From assembly GCF_944389935.1 (NCBI RefSeq), contig NZ_CALXOE010000010.1: a stretch of 64,000 nucleotides of DNA; one strand, written 5' to 3'. Under the pieces are notes generated by a model. It did not search any database and had not been told where the DNA came from. It saw only the letters and a list, made by a program, of their open reading frames with translations. This stretch comes from an uncultured Victivallis sp. (GTDB taxonomy: Bacteria > Verrucomicrobiota > Lentisphaeria > Victivallales > Victivallaceae). Below, one piece after another: positions 1 to 9,000 of this stretch. The translations under genes were made by a program, and so were the position numbers. Positions within the stretch are counted from its first letter, which is position 1; each line of letters begins with the position of its first letter.

Positions 1-36
1 GTCTGCGGCAGGGGGAACGTGAGGGAATGGATTGAC

Positions 37-82
37 AAAAAACTTCCCGGCGGGGAATCCCCGTCGGGAAGTTCGTTTTTTT
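37..82. terminator. Bidirectional intrinsic terminator downstream of the secretin pair
   Basis: Stem AACTTCCCGGCGGGG (41-55) / CCCCGTCGGGAAGTT (59-73) with one G-U pair, A-run before and T-run after. Confidence 0.8.
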
Positions 83-85
83 CTC

Positions 86-1711
86 TTAACGCCGATCCGG
101 ATCGAGACCGATCTGATCGAAGCCGTACTCATTTTCATCGATGGATTTGAGACCGAATTCATCGATTTTCCGCTTCGTCTCGGCGGAGAGTTTTTCGATC
201 TCGCCGGAGACCCGGGTTGTGGGAGTTCCGGGCTTGACGGTCAGGACCGCCACGATCCGGCTCTTTTTAACCGTCTCGCTCTCCCCCGAAAAGAGCCACC
301 CGAGCCCGGGGATATCCCCGAGAAACGGAACCTTGCTCACGCTGCGGACCAGGTCGGACTTCTCCAATCCTCCGATGTAGAAGACACTGCCCTTGTTGTT
401 GACCTGCAGCGTTGTCGCCAGCTCGGTCCGGCTGGTGCGCGGAGTCCCGTCGCTGTGGAATCCGAGCAGATTCGTGTTCTCCATCGCAACCCGGACGATC
501 GTCGACTCGCCGTAGACCTCCGGCAGAAGTTCCATCCGGAAACCGAACTCCGCGTTATTGGTTGTGCGCAGCCGGCTCTCTTTCACGGTCGTGACGGTGG
601 TTTCACCGGGTTTGTTCGCAGTCAGCGTCAAAGGCTCGCTCTGTCCCGGAATCGAAATGGTGATCTCGGACGTATCGTTCACGGTTTCCGCAATCTGCGT
701 CTCTCCATCACCGATGACGGGGAAACGGGTCACGCTCTCGATCGTGCCCACCGCCTTGTTCCAGACATTCAGCGTCCCGCTGGTCAACACTTTCGCCTTG
801 CTCTTGCTGACGAGAAAGTCCAGATACTTCGCATTCCACTTCGGATTGAAGTTGATGTAGTTCACATGGGCGTCCTTGACCATTTCCGTCGCGTTGCCGA
901 TCGTTCCGATCAGCGGATCCCATCCGTTCAGATAGGTCGCTCCCGCGGCGAAGAGATCAGCGCCGGGCCCGTTCTTCCACGCCTGGAAATCGACTCCGAG
1001 ATTGCCGTCGTTCTCGCTGTCGATCTCATAGATCGTGTAGGTGAACAGCGCTTCCGAAAGCGGCGTATCGTACTGCGCGAGCAGAGCTTCGATGTTCTTC
1101 TGAGAAATCGGCGTACAGAAGAACAGCAGTGCGTTCATGCCGTTGTCCGGTCGAACAGTGTCCACTCCGTCGAGTTCGACGGCGTCGTCGGCGTGCATGA
1201 TTCCGACCTGTTCAATCAGTTTCGCCAGCGTCGTCGCATCGAAATATTTCGCGTAGTAGACGAAGAAGCGGCGTCCGGCCTGCGCGGAGAGATCGGGTCG
1301 ATCCAGCATCTCCACGACCTGGTCGATGGTCATTCCGTTATCGAGTTTTTCAAAGCGGTACTGCTCCGCCGAGACGATCACCATTCCGGTGCCGTCGACA
1401 TATTTGATCGCTTCGACTTTCGTCTCGTTCGTGTCGATCCGCCGGGACCGGATGGCCGACATCAGGTACGGCCGGATCTCGTAGGGATCGGCGTGCTTGA
1501 GTTTGTACACTTTCGTATAGACATACGGGTCGTTGTTCGTATTGATGAACGTGATTTCGTCGGTCGACTTGTCGATCGACACGTTCAGCTGCGGCTGAAC
1601 CTGGGTCGGCAGCGCCGGCGGAGTCGGGATATCCACGGTTCCCGCACAGAGTTTCCCCGAAACGAGAAACGCGGCGAGAACACCCGATGTAAGTTTCGGA
1701 TTGAAAACCAT
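86..1711 (-). CDS. Secretin-family (type II/III secretion system protein D-like) outer membrane protein, paralog 2
   Basis: Signal-peptide-like N-terminus; N-domain VYKLKHADPYEI; barrel start YTIYEID..NLGVDF; C-terminal IGGLEK..KVPFLGDIPGLGWLF. Start set at ATG 1711 after AAGGAG. Confidence 0.8.
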   Translation of the reverse strand: MVFNPKLTSGVLAAFLVSGKLCAGTVDIPTPPALPTQVQPQLNVSIDKSTDEITFINTNNDPYVYTKVYKLKHADPYEIRPYLMSAIRSRRIDTNETKVEAIKYVDGTGMVIVSAEQYRFEKLDNGMTIDQVVEMLDRPDLSAQAGRRFFVYYAKYFDATTLAKLIEQVGIMHADDAVELDGVDTVRPDNGMNALLFFCTPISQKNIEALLAQYDTPLSEALFTYTIYEIDSENDGNLGVDFQAWKNGPGADLFAAGATYLNGWDPLIGTIGNATEMVKDAHVNYINFNPKWNAKYLDFLVSKSKAKVLTSGTLNVWNKAVGTIESVTRFPVIGDGETQIAETVNDTSEITISIPGQSEPLTLTANKPGETTVTTVKESRLRTTNNAEFGFRMELLPEVYGESTIVRVAMENTNLLGFHSDGTPRTSRTELATTLQVNNKGSVFYIGGLEKSDLVRSVSKVPFLGDIPGLGWLFSGESETVKKSRIVAVLTVKPGTPTTRVSGEIEKLSAETKRKIDEFGLKSIDENEYGFDQIGLDPDRR

Positions 1712-1728
1712 TTGAATCACTCCTTTCC

Positions 1729-3159
1729 TCATTCAGCCTTATTTTCTTTGTTCATTGCGGTCAATGTATCGATCATCTCGCCGGCGGCGGGAGTGGGAAG
1801 ATTCTCCGTCTCAACCGGTTTGGCGGTCATGGTTACAAAGACTCTCAGTTTGCTGTCGACCTTGCTTTCCGAACCGAACAGATACTTCAGCACCGGAATG
1901 CTTCCGAGAAACGGCATGCCGATATACTGTTCGACCATCACATGCTTGTCGAATGCGCCGACGAGTTTCTCCACGCCGGTGTCGAGCGTCAGACTCCCGG
2001 AAAAGCGGTTGCTTTCGATCGAGGCGTTTCCGACATTGTCGACTTCCGCCAGGGAGTTGATCGTCAGACTCCAGTTGCTCATGAGAGTGAGTTTCCCCTC
2101 GGACGGATCGGCGGTGAAGTTGATGGACGGAGCGTAGAACTCGAATTCAAAACTCGACTCCGCCAGCGCACCGATCGCGATGGTCTGATTCTCATCTTTC
2201 ACGATGTTCTGGAATTCCGGGGCAAACGTCAGCCGGAACACCCCTTCCCCGGTGTCGTTCGCCGCCGGATCGAAGCTGTTGATCAGCGTAAGCGATCCGG
2301 ACGACGCGGTCCACGCCTTTCCTTTCTGTGCGAGCATCCGCAGAAAGGTTGCATCGATGTTCGGAGCAACCAGAATGCCGCCGATGCCGTTCACGGAATT
2401 CGGCAGGAAACCGAGAATGCTTTCAAACGCCTCCGGTCCGAGCGAATCGAAATCCGCATGCAGATCCGCGAAGTTGAATCCGGTCGAAAGCAGCTGCGCC
2501 CCGGGTCCGTTCTTCCAGGAGAGATAATCGATTCCGAGTTCACGGAAATCATTATCGCTGACGACGTAAACATCGAACTTCACCTCAAGCTGCGGGACCG
2601 GACGGTCGAGCGTTTTCAGCAAAGAGAGATACGCCTCCCCCTGGGATTTGGAACTCTTGAAATAGAACAGATTGCTCGGGCCATCGTAGAAAGACGCACC
2701 CTCCCCTCCCGCGGAGGTGAACACCTGTTCGAGCGCCTTGTACATCGTTTCGCTGCCGCGATGAACCGGTGCATAGACCCAGCGGCTGATGCCGTCACCC
2801 TCGATGCGCGCCCCGGATTCGTCGACTTTCGGGGATGGATAGTCGAGCGTGGCGATCATCTCGTCGACCCAGGGGAGAAACGTACTCCCGGTGGAGACGA
2901 CGAGAAACTGTTTGCCGCCGCTGGAATAATCGACGCTCTGCACTCGTGACTGGCTGTCGAATCGTTTGACCGCTCCGCGCACAAACGGCATCAGGTCGTG
3001 AGCCCGGACATTTTTGAGTTCATAGACTTTGGTGGTCATGTAGTGCTGATTGCGATCCTCGTTGAATACGATGGTCCGCTGATTGCCCTCTTCCGCGCAG
3101 AGCAGCGCGGGCAGCGTGCACAACAGGGCCGCGAGCTTCCATGGGTTGATGCATTTCAT
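1729..3159 (-). CDS. Secretin-family outer membrane protein, paralog 1
   Basis: Signal peptide; VYELKNVRAHDL N-domain; LEVKFDVYVV..ELGIDY; GMPFLGSIPVLKYLF secretin signature; AGGAGG RBS. Confidence 0.75.
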   Translation of the reverse strand: MKCINPWKLAALLCTLPALLCAEEGNQRTIVFNEDRNQHYMTTKVYELKNVRAHDLMPFVRGAVKRFDSQSRVQSVDYSSGGKQFLVVSTGSTFLPWVDEMIATLDYPSPKVDESGARIEGDGISRWVYAPVHRGSETMYKALEQVFTSAGGEGASFYDGPSNLFYFKSSKSQGEAYLSLLKTLDRPVPQLEVKFDVYVVSDNDFRELGIDYLSWKNGPGAQLLSTGFNFADLHADFDSLGPEAFESILGFLPNSVNGIGGILVAPNIDATFLRMLAQKGKAWTASSGSLTLINSFDPAANDTGEGVFRLTFAPEFQNIVKDENQTIAIGALAESSFEFEFYAPSINFTADPSEGKLTLMSNWSLTINSLAEVDNVGNASIESNRFSGSLTLDTGVEKLVGAFDKHVMVEQYIGMPFLGSIPVLKYLFGSESKVDSKLRVFVTMTAKPVETENLPTPAAGEMIDTLTAMNKENKAE

Positions 3160-3229
3160 TCGGCTACCTCCTGGTTTACGGGTTGACCCAATGGCGCCCG
3201 ATGTCGGACGCCGCGGATATCAATGGTTG

Positions 3230-3246
3230 AGCAGGAAGAATGCCAA
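3230..3246 (-). promoter_or_regulatory. Sigma54-type (-24/-12) promoter of the secretin pair
   Basis: Minus strand TTGGCATTCTTCCTGCT = GG-N10-GC in TGGCA..TGCT context; 16/17 identical to the motif at 14782-14798. Confidence 0.75.
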
Positions 3247-3335
3247 CTTGTAAAAAACGGATGGTTTTCTGCATTTTCCCCCGGAAAACGGCGGCCCGGC
3301 TTCGGATTCCGCTCGAATTCAGGACGTTTCGTGCG

Positions 3336-3375
3336 ACAAAATTGTGTAAGAAAAATCTCCGTTTAACAAAATTGT
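3336..3375. promoter_or_regulatory. Two ACAAAATTGT palindromic sites (candidate enhancer/UAS)
   Basis: ACAAAATTGT at 3336-3345 and 3366-3375, 30 bp apart, ~90-130 bp upstream of the -24 element. Confidence 0.6.
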
Positions 3376-3426
3376 CCTCCCGCAAGCCGGACAGCTTCAA
3401 TGGCTTATCCCGTACATTGCGGGAGG
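3376..3426. other. Stem-loop just downstream of the carboxylase operon (possible terminator or stability hairpin)
   Basis: CCTCCCGCAA (3376-3385) / TTGCGGGAGG (3417-3426); only a weak U-tract on the minus strand. Confidence 0.45.
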
Positions 3427-3438
3427 AGAGAGATACGG

Positions 3439-4272
3439 TCAGAGCTCGGGGAGCAGCATCCGCAGCAGAATCGTGATCATTCCGCCGGGAGTCTCAAGCT
3501 CCTCAAGAATCGTGAAGTGGTTGCGCCCGGCCAGCGTGAACGCGCCGCCGGGAAGTTTCGCCGCCGCCCGATGCCGGGCGAAATCCCAGCTCTGGCGCTG
3601 CAGTTCCGGCAGCTCGTCCGAACCGCAGACCGCGAACAGCGGTTTTTCCGACAGAGGAAGTCGAAGCGGACTCAGGCCGGCGACCTCTTCGGGTTTCAGA
3701 AGAAGTTTATCGTTCAGGCAGCAGAGGCGGATCGGCTCCAGATCGAAGATGCCGCTGATCGCGAGGACACCGGTTACGCCCGGTTCGTCGGCCGCCATGG
3801 CCGCGAGATGCCCGCCCGCCGACCAGCCTGCGACGACGATCCGGGAACGGTCGAATCCGAGAGAATCGGCGTGTTCCCGCAGCCAGCGCAGCGCATCGCG
3901 AATCTCCGTGACGATTCCGGCCAGATTCTGTTCCGGCGCCAGCGTATACCCCGACAGCGCCACCGAAATTCCATGATGCAGCGCCCCCGCCGCCAGAAAC
4001 CGGAACGTCTCCTTGCGCCGCATCTGCCAGTAGCCGCCGTGGATGAACACCAGAAGCGGCGCGCCGGGAGAACCGGCACGGAAAAAATCGATGCGCTGCC
4101 GCTCCCGCGGCCCGAAGCGCAAGTTCAGCTCCCCGGGATATCGCTCCGCCAGCAGACGGCTGCGCGCCTCGAATCCCACGAGAATCCGCGCGCTGTCGGC
4201 GACCGCGCGCGTATTGTCGTAAGCCGCGTCGAGTTCTTCACGGGTCAGGAAATCACGATAGAGCGCTGTCAT
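3439..4272 (-). CDS. Alpha/beta hydrolase, arylformamidase/esterase-like
   Basis: HGGYW oxyanion motif, GWSAGGHL nucleophile elbow, C-terminal GRNHF His; overlaps the end of atzF. Confidence 0.85.
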   Translation of the reverse strand: MTALYRDFLTREELDAAYDNTRAVADSARILVGFEARSRLLAERYPGELNLRFGPRERQRIDFFRAGSPGAPLLVFIHGGYWQMRRKETFRFLAAGALHHGISVALSGYTLAPEQNLAGIVTEIRDALRWLREHADSLGFDRSRIVVAGWSAGGHLAAMAADEPGVTGVLAISGIFDLEPIRLCCLNDKLLLKPEEVAGLSPLRLPLSEKPLFAVCGSDELPELQRQSWDFARHRAAAKLPGGAFTLAGRNHFTILEELETPGGMITILLRMLLPEL

Positions 4273-6007
4273 GGGATGCCTCTCGATGCGATTTCCGTTT
4301 CCGTTCTTTCACCCGGACGCGCCAGTCGGCGACCTCGGAGATGTCCGGCGCATACTCCGCGATGACCGCCTCTCCGATGAATCCCGGCACCCGCCGTCCG
4401 TCCGCCAGCTCCAGGGTGCCGAGCCCGAGCGGAGGGCGGATACCGGCGACAAATTCGGCGAAAGAGTCCGCTTCAAGCTCATAGAGCTCCACATAGCAGG
4501 ATACGCCCCCCCTGCCGGTTCGCAGCAGGGCCGGGCGGGCGCCCCCCTCCTCCAATTCGTACATCCGATAGCATGGAGCGGTTTTCGCGCAGCCGAGAAA
4601 GCGCGCGCCGAGCGCCTCGAGCTCCGGATGCAGCGGCATCCCGGCGAGATGCGCACCGCAGACCGCGATCGGAAACCTCTCCGCACTCCGGAAACGGCGC
4701 GCCGCTTCCAGAAGCCTGTAATCGTCGAACGCTTTCCCCACCAGCGTGATTCCGAAAGGAAGATCTCCGGCGCGATCCGCCGGAACAGCCAGCGCCGAAC
4801 AGTCCAGCAGGTTCATATAATTGGTGTAGTATCCGAGATTGCTGTTGAGCCGGATCGGATCGGCTTCGACCTCGTCGATCCGGTAGATGGTTCCGGCGGT
4901 CGGCGTGAGAATCAGATCCACCGCCGCAAACTGCGCATCCGCCGCCGCCCTGCACTCCTGAAGCCGGTACATCGCCCGGAAAACCTCCGATGGATGCGGC
5001 GTCCGCTCCGGCGTGATGATCGACCGGATCACCGGCAGCACCGAATCCGGATGTGTTTCAATGAACTCCCCGACCGCCGCGTAGCGCTCAAACACCCACG
5101 GCCCCTCGTAAAGCAGCCGTGCCGCCGTCAGAAACGGGGTGAAATCGATCTCCACTTTTTCGCCGCCCGCATCCTGCATTCTCCGCACCGCCCGCCGGAA
5201 CGCCTCCCGGTACTCCTCCCGGCCGAAGAACGCGAGATCCTCCTCACGCGGGACACCGAATTTCCAGTGACGCGGCAGCGGATCACGTTCCGGCAGAACC
5301 CGGCTGTAGGCATCCTCCGGGTCGAAGCGGGCGGTTGTTTCCAGCAGGATTCCGGCATCCTCGAGATTCCGGGCGAAGATCGAAACGCAGTCGAGCGAGC
5401 GGCAGGCCGGCACTACGCCGCGGCAGCTCAGGACTCCCCGGCTCGGCTTGACTCCGACAAGTTCATTGAACGCCGCCGGAACCCGGCCGGAGCCCGCCGT
5501 ATCGGTTCCCAGAGAAAAACTGCACAGATCGTACGCCAGCGCCGCGGCCGATCCGCTGCTCGATCCGCCGGAAACATATCCCGGCGCCAGACGGTTCGGT
5601 GCCGCCCCGTAAGGAGAACGCACGCCGACCAGACCGGTGGCGAACTGATCCATATTCGTCTTGCCGAGCGGAACGGCTCCGGCTTCGATCAGGAGTTCCA
5701 CCACCCGCGCGGAACGCTCCGGCCTGTAGCTGTAGTCCGGACACCCCGCCGTCGTCGGCAGCCCGGCCACATCGATGTTGTCTTTCACGGCAAACGGAAT
5801 CCCGTAAAGCGGAAGTTCCTCCGGCGAAGATGCTTCAAGTCCGGCGAGCCGAACCTCCAGCTGCTCCCGGTCGATCAGAGAAATCCAGATCCCGTCCGGA
5901 GCGGCGGCACATGCGTCGAGCAGTTCCGTAAGGACGCGACGCGGGGTCTTCGACCCGTTTCGATACGCCCGCCTGAGGGCGGCGATCGACAATTCGCAAC
6001 TTCTCAT
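4253..6007 (-). CDS. atzF: Allophanate hydrolase
   Basis: LYGIPFAVKDNIDVAGLPTTAGCP, GGSSSGSA, GTDTAGSGRVPA amidase signature; C-terminal IAVCGAHLAGMPL domain. Confidence 0.95.
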   Translation of the reverse strand: MRSCELSIAALRRAYRNGSKTPRRVLTELLDACAAAPDGIWISLIDREQLEVRLAGLEASSPEELPLYGIPFAVKDNIDVAGLPTTAGCPDYSYRPERSARVVELLIEAGAVPLGKTNMDQFATGLVGVRSPYGAAPNRLAPGYVSGGSSSGSAAALAYDLCSFSLGTDTAGSGRVPAAFNELVGVKPSRGVLSCRGVVPACRSLDCVSIFARNLEDAGILLETTARFDPEDAYSRVLPERDPLPRHWKFGVPREEDLAFFGREEYREAFRRAVRRMQDAGGEKVEIDFTPFLTAARLLYEGPWVFERYAAVGEFIETHPDSVLPVIRSIITPERTPHPSEVFRAMYRLQECRAAADAQFAAVDLILTPTAGTIYRIDEVEADPIRLNSNLGYYTNYMNLLDCSALAVPADRAGDLPFGITLVGKAFDDYRLLEAARRFRSAERFPIAVCGAHLAGMPLHPELEALGARFLGCAKTAPCYRMYELEEGGARPALLRTGRGGVSCYVELYELEADSFAEFVAGIRPPLGLGTLELADGRRVPGFIGEAVIAEYAPDISEVADWRVRVKERKRKSHREASHDSALS

Positions 6008-6031
6008 CGAGTCTCTCTCCTTTCCCTCTGC

Positions 6032-6075
6032 CCGTCCCGCGTCCCGAACCGGACCGGCGTGGAAACGCGGGACGG
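6032..6075. other. Intercistronic stem-loop between uca and atzF
   Basis: CCGTCCCGCGT (6032-6042) / ACGCGGGACGG (6065-6075), 11 bp perfect stem in a 75 bp gap. Confidence 0.55.
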
Positions 6076-6082
6076 ACGAGGT

Positions 6083-9000
6083 TCAATTCGTCTTTACAGC
6101 GAACAGACACTGTCCGCTCTTGACCTCGTTCCCGGCGGCACAGAAGATCCGGACGATTTCGCAGTCGGACTCCGCGGCTACCGGAATTTCGGTTTTCATG
6201 CTCTCGAGCACCGCCAGAATCTCTCCGGCGCGAACTCGTCTGCCGGGCTCGCTGACGTTCAGTTTCCAGAGACTGCCCGCAACCGGCGAGTAAACCCCGC
6301 TCTCACCGGGTTTCAACTCGGCCTCCTCCGCGGGCGCGGCGCTTTCGACCGTATGGCTCTCGAAAGTGAGCTGGCCATTGGCGATCCAGCGCTCTTTCTC
6401 CTCTTCAAAGGCCCGTTTCCGCTTCGTCTCGAAGGCTTCGATGGAAGCGGCGTTCTCCTCGAGGAACTTCTCATATTCCTGAATATCGAACACGCTCTCT
6501 TCCATGCGGATATGGTATTTCCCCGCGATGAAGTCGCGCCGGATTTTCAGCAGTTCATCCGCCTCGACCGGGAAGAACCGGACCTGATCGAAGAATCGGA
6601 GCAGATAAGGTTTGCCCTCCACAAACTCCGGCGTGACGTTGAAGCGGTTCCACATCTGAACCGTCCGTCCGACGAACTGGTAGCCGCCAGGCCCCTCCAT
6701 TCCGTAAACGCACATGTACGCGCCGCCGATGCCGACGGCGTTTTCGGGCGTCCAGGTCCGGGCGGGGTTGTACTTGGTTGTGACCAGACGGCGGAGCGGA
6801 TCCAGCGGCGTCGCCACCGGCGCGCCGAGATAGACGTCTCCGAGACCCATTACGATGTAATTCGCGTCGAACACGATCTTTGCGACCTCCTCGACGGAAT
6901 CGAGCCCGTTGATCCGCCGGATGAATTCGATGTTGTTCGGGCAGCACCAGGGGGCGTCCGGACGAACCGTGCTGACGTACTTCTGAATCGCGAGACGTGT
7001 CGCCGGGTCGTCCCAGCTCAGCGGCAGATAGACCGTGCGGGTCGGAACCGAGCGGATCGTCTCCGTTTTGAGTTTTTCGGCCAGAGCGGCGATCAACTTC
7101 AGGAGCTCCTCCTGCGTCATCTTCGCCGGATCGAAATGAATCTGAATCGAACGGATTCCCGGCGTGATGTCGAGAATCGCCGGCAGGTGCATCTCCTCAA
7201 GTTTGAGCATCCACGCATGCGCCGTAAAGCGGAGTCGCAAATCGATGACCGGCGGTCCGAACTCCAGCAGGAAATTCGCGTCTCCATCCTGACGGCAGAC
7301 GATGCGGGACATCGCGTCCTCACGATGAAACTCCGCCAGAACCGGCGACCCGGAAACCGTGCCGACAGGTTCCGCAACCGGGTGATCCGCCTTTTCCGGG
7401 TGCTCCAGAATCGCCTCGAGCGCCTCGCGACGTTCAGCAGCCTGCGCCGGAGTGACGGGAATGAACTTCACCTTGTCTCCGCTGCGGAGCTGCCCGACTT
7501 TCCAGAGATCCGCCGTGATGATCGTCGCAGGACAGACGAACCCGCCGAGGCTCGGCCCGTCCTTGCCGAGAATCACCGGCATGTCGCCCGTGAAGTCGAT
7601 CGTTCCGACGGCGTAGGCGTTGTCATGCAGATTGGACGGATGCAGTCCGGCCTCTCCGCCGTCCGGACGCGCCCACTTCGGCCGGGGACCGACCAGCCGG
7701 ACGCCGGTACGCGAGGAGTTGTAATGGACCTCCCATTCCGCACGGAAGAACTCCTCGATGTCCTGATCCGTGAAGTAGTCGGGCGCGCCGTGCGGCCCGT
7801 AAAGAACGGCGATCTTCCAGCTGTTCCCGATGGACGGAACGGCACCTGCCGCCGGAGACAGCGGTTCGAAAACCTTCCAGTTGCCGATATGGAGCACGTC
7901 GCCCGCGGCGAGCGCCCTCCCCCCGTGTCCGCCGAAACGGCCGAGCGTAAACGTCGAACGGCTGCCGAGGTACTCCGGCACGTCGATTCCGCCGGCGACG
8001 GCGAAATAACAGCGCTGCCCGCAACGGGTTGTGCCGACTTTGAGCACATCGCCCTTCTTCGCGGCGATCGGCGTGTTCCGGGAGATCTCCGTTCCGTTCA
8101 GTGTCGCCGGAAACTCTCCGCCGGTCAGAGCAAAGAGCGCATCCGTATTGAAGCGGAGCGAGGCGCCCGAAAGCGTCATCTCCAGCCCCGGAGCCTCCGG
8201 CGCGTTTCCGACGATCCGGTTGGCCAGCCGGAAACTGTACGCATCCATCGGCCCCGACGGCGGAACGCCGACCGCCCAGTAACCGAGACGGCCGGGATAA
8301 TCCTGCACCGTGGTCTGCGTTCCCGGGGAGAGAATTTCAAACGTCGGCGCAGAATAGGCATATTCTTTCAGCAGCCAGGTTCCGGCCCGCCCCTCGCGGA
8401 ACGGCGCCATGCCGAGGACGTCGCGCAGCAGCAGAAGATTGGTTTCAAATCCGGCGATCTCGGTCGCCTTGAGCGCTTCTTCCGCCTTGCGGATCACCTC
8501 GGCGCGGTCTCCGCCTTTCACGATGATCTTCGCGAGCAGCGGGTCGTAGAACGCGCTGACTTCAGTTCCGGTCGAAATCCAGGTGTCGCACCGGACGCCC
8601 GCTGGAAACGCCGCGCGCGTGACCAGTCCGCTCGACGGCTGGAAGTTCCGGCCGGGATCCTCCGCGTAAATCCGGAACTCCATGGCCGCCCCCTCGGGAC
8701 GGAAACTCTCCCCCGGCCGGAACGGACTCTCTCCGGCGGCGAGCCTCACCATCCACTCGACCAGATCGATTCCGAACACGGACTCCGTGACGCCGTGCTC
8801 GACCTGCAGCCGCGTATTGACTTCCAGAAAATAGAAACGATCCGCCTCGCTGTCGTATATGAATTCGACGGTTCCGGCAGACCGATAAGCGACCCCCTCC
8901 GCGAGCCGGCGGGCCGCCTCATGAAGCGCGCGCCGGGTCGCGTCCGGCAGATTCGGCGCGGGGGTCTCCTCGATCACTTTCTGGTTGCGCCGCTGGACGG

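Noticed and set aside
32-2137. 701 aa plus-strand ORF and other long ORFs opposite real genes (e.g. 21959-23593, 43640-45733, 55710-58322, 60639-63527)
   Set aside because: Antisense shadows of well-supported genes, Arg/Pro-rich and without domains.
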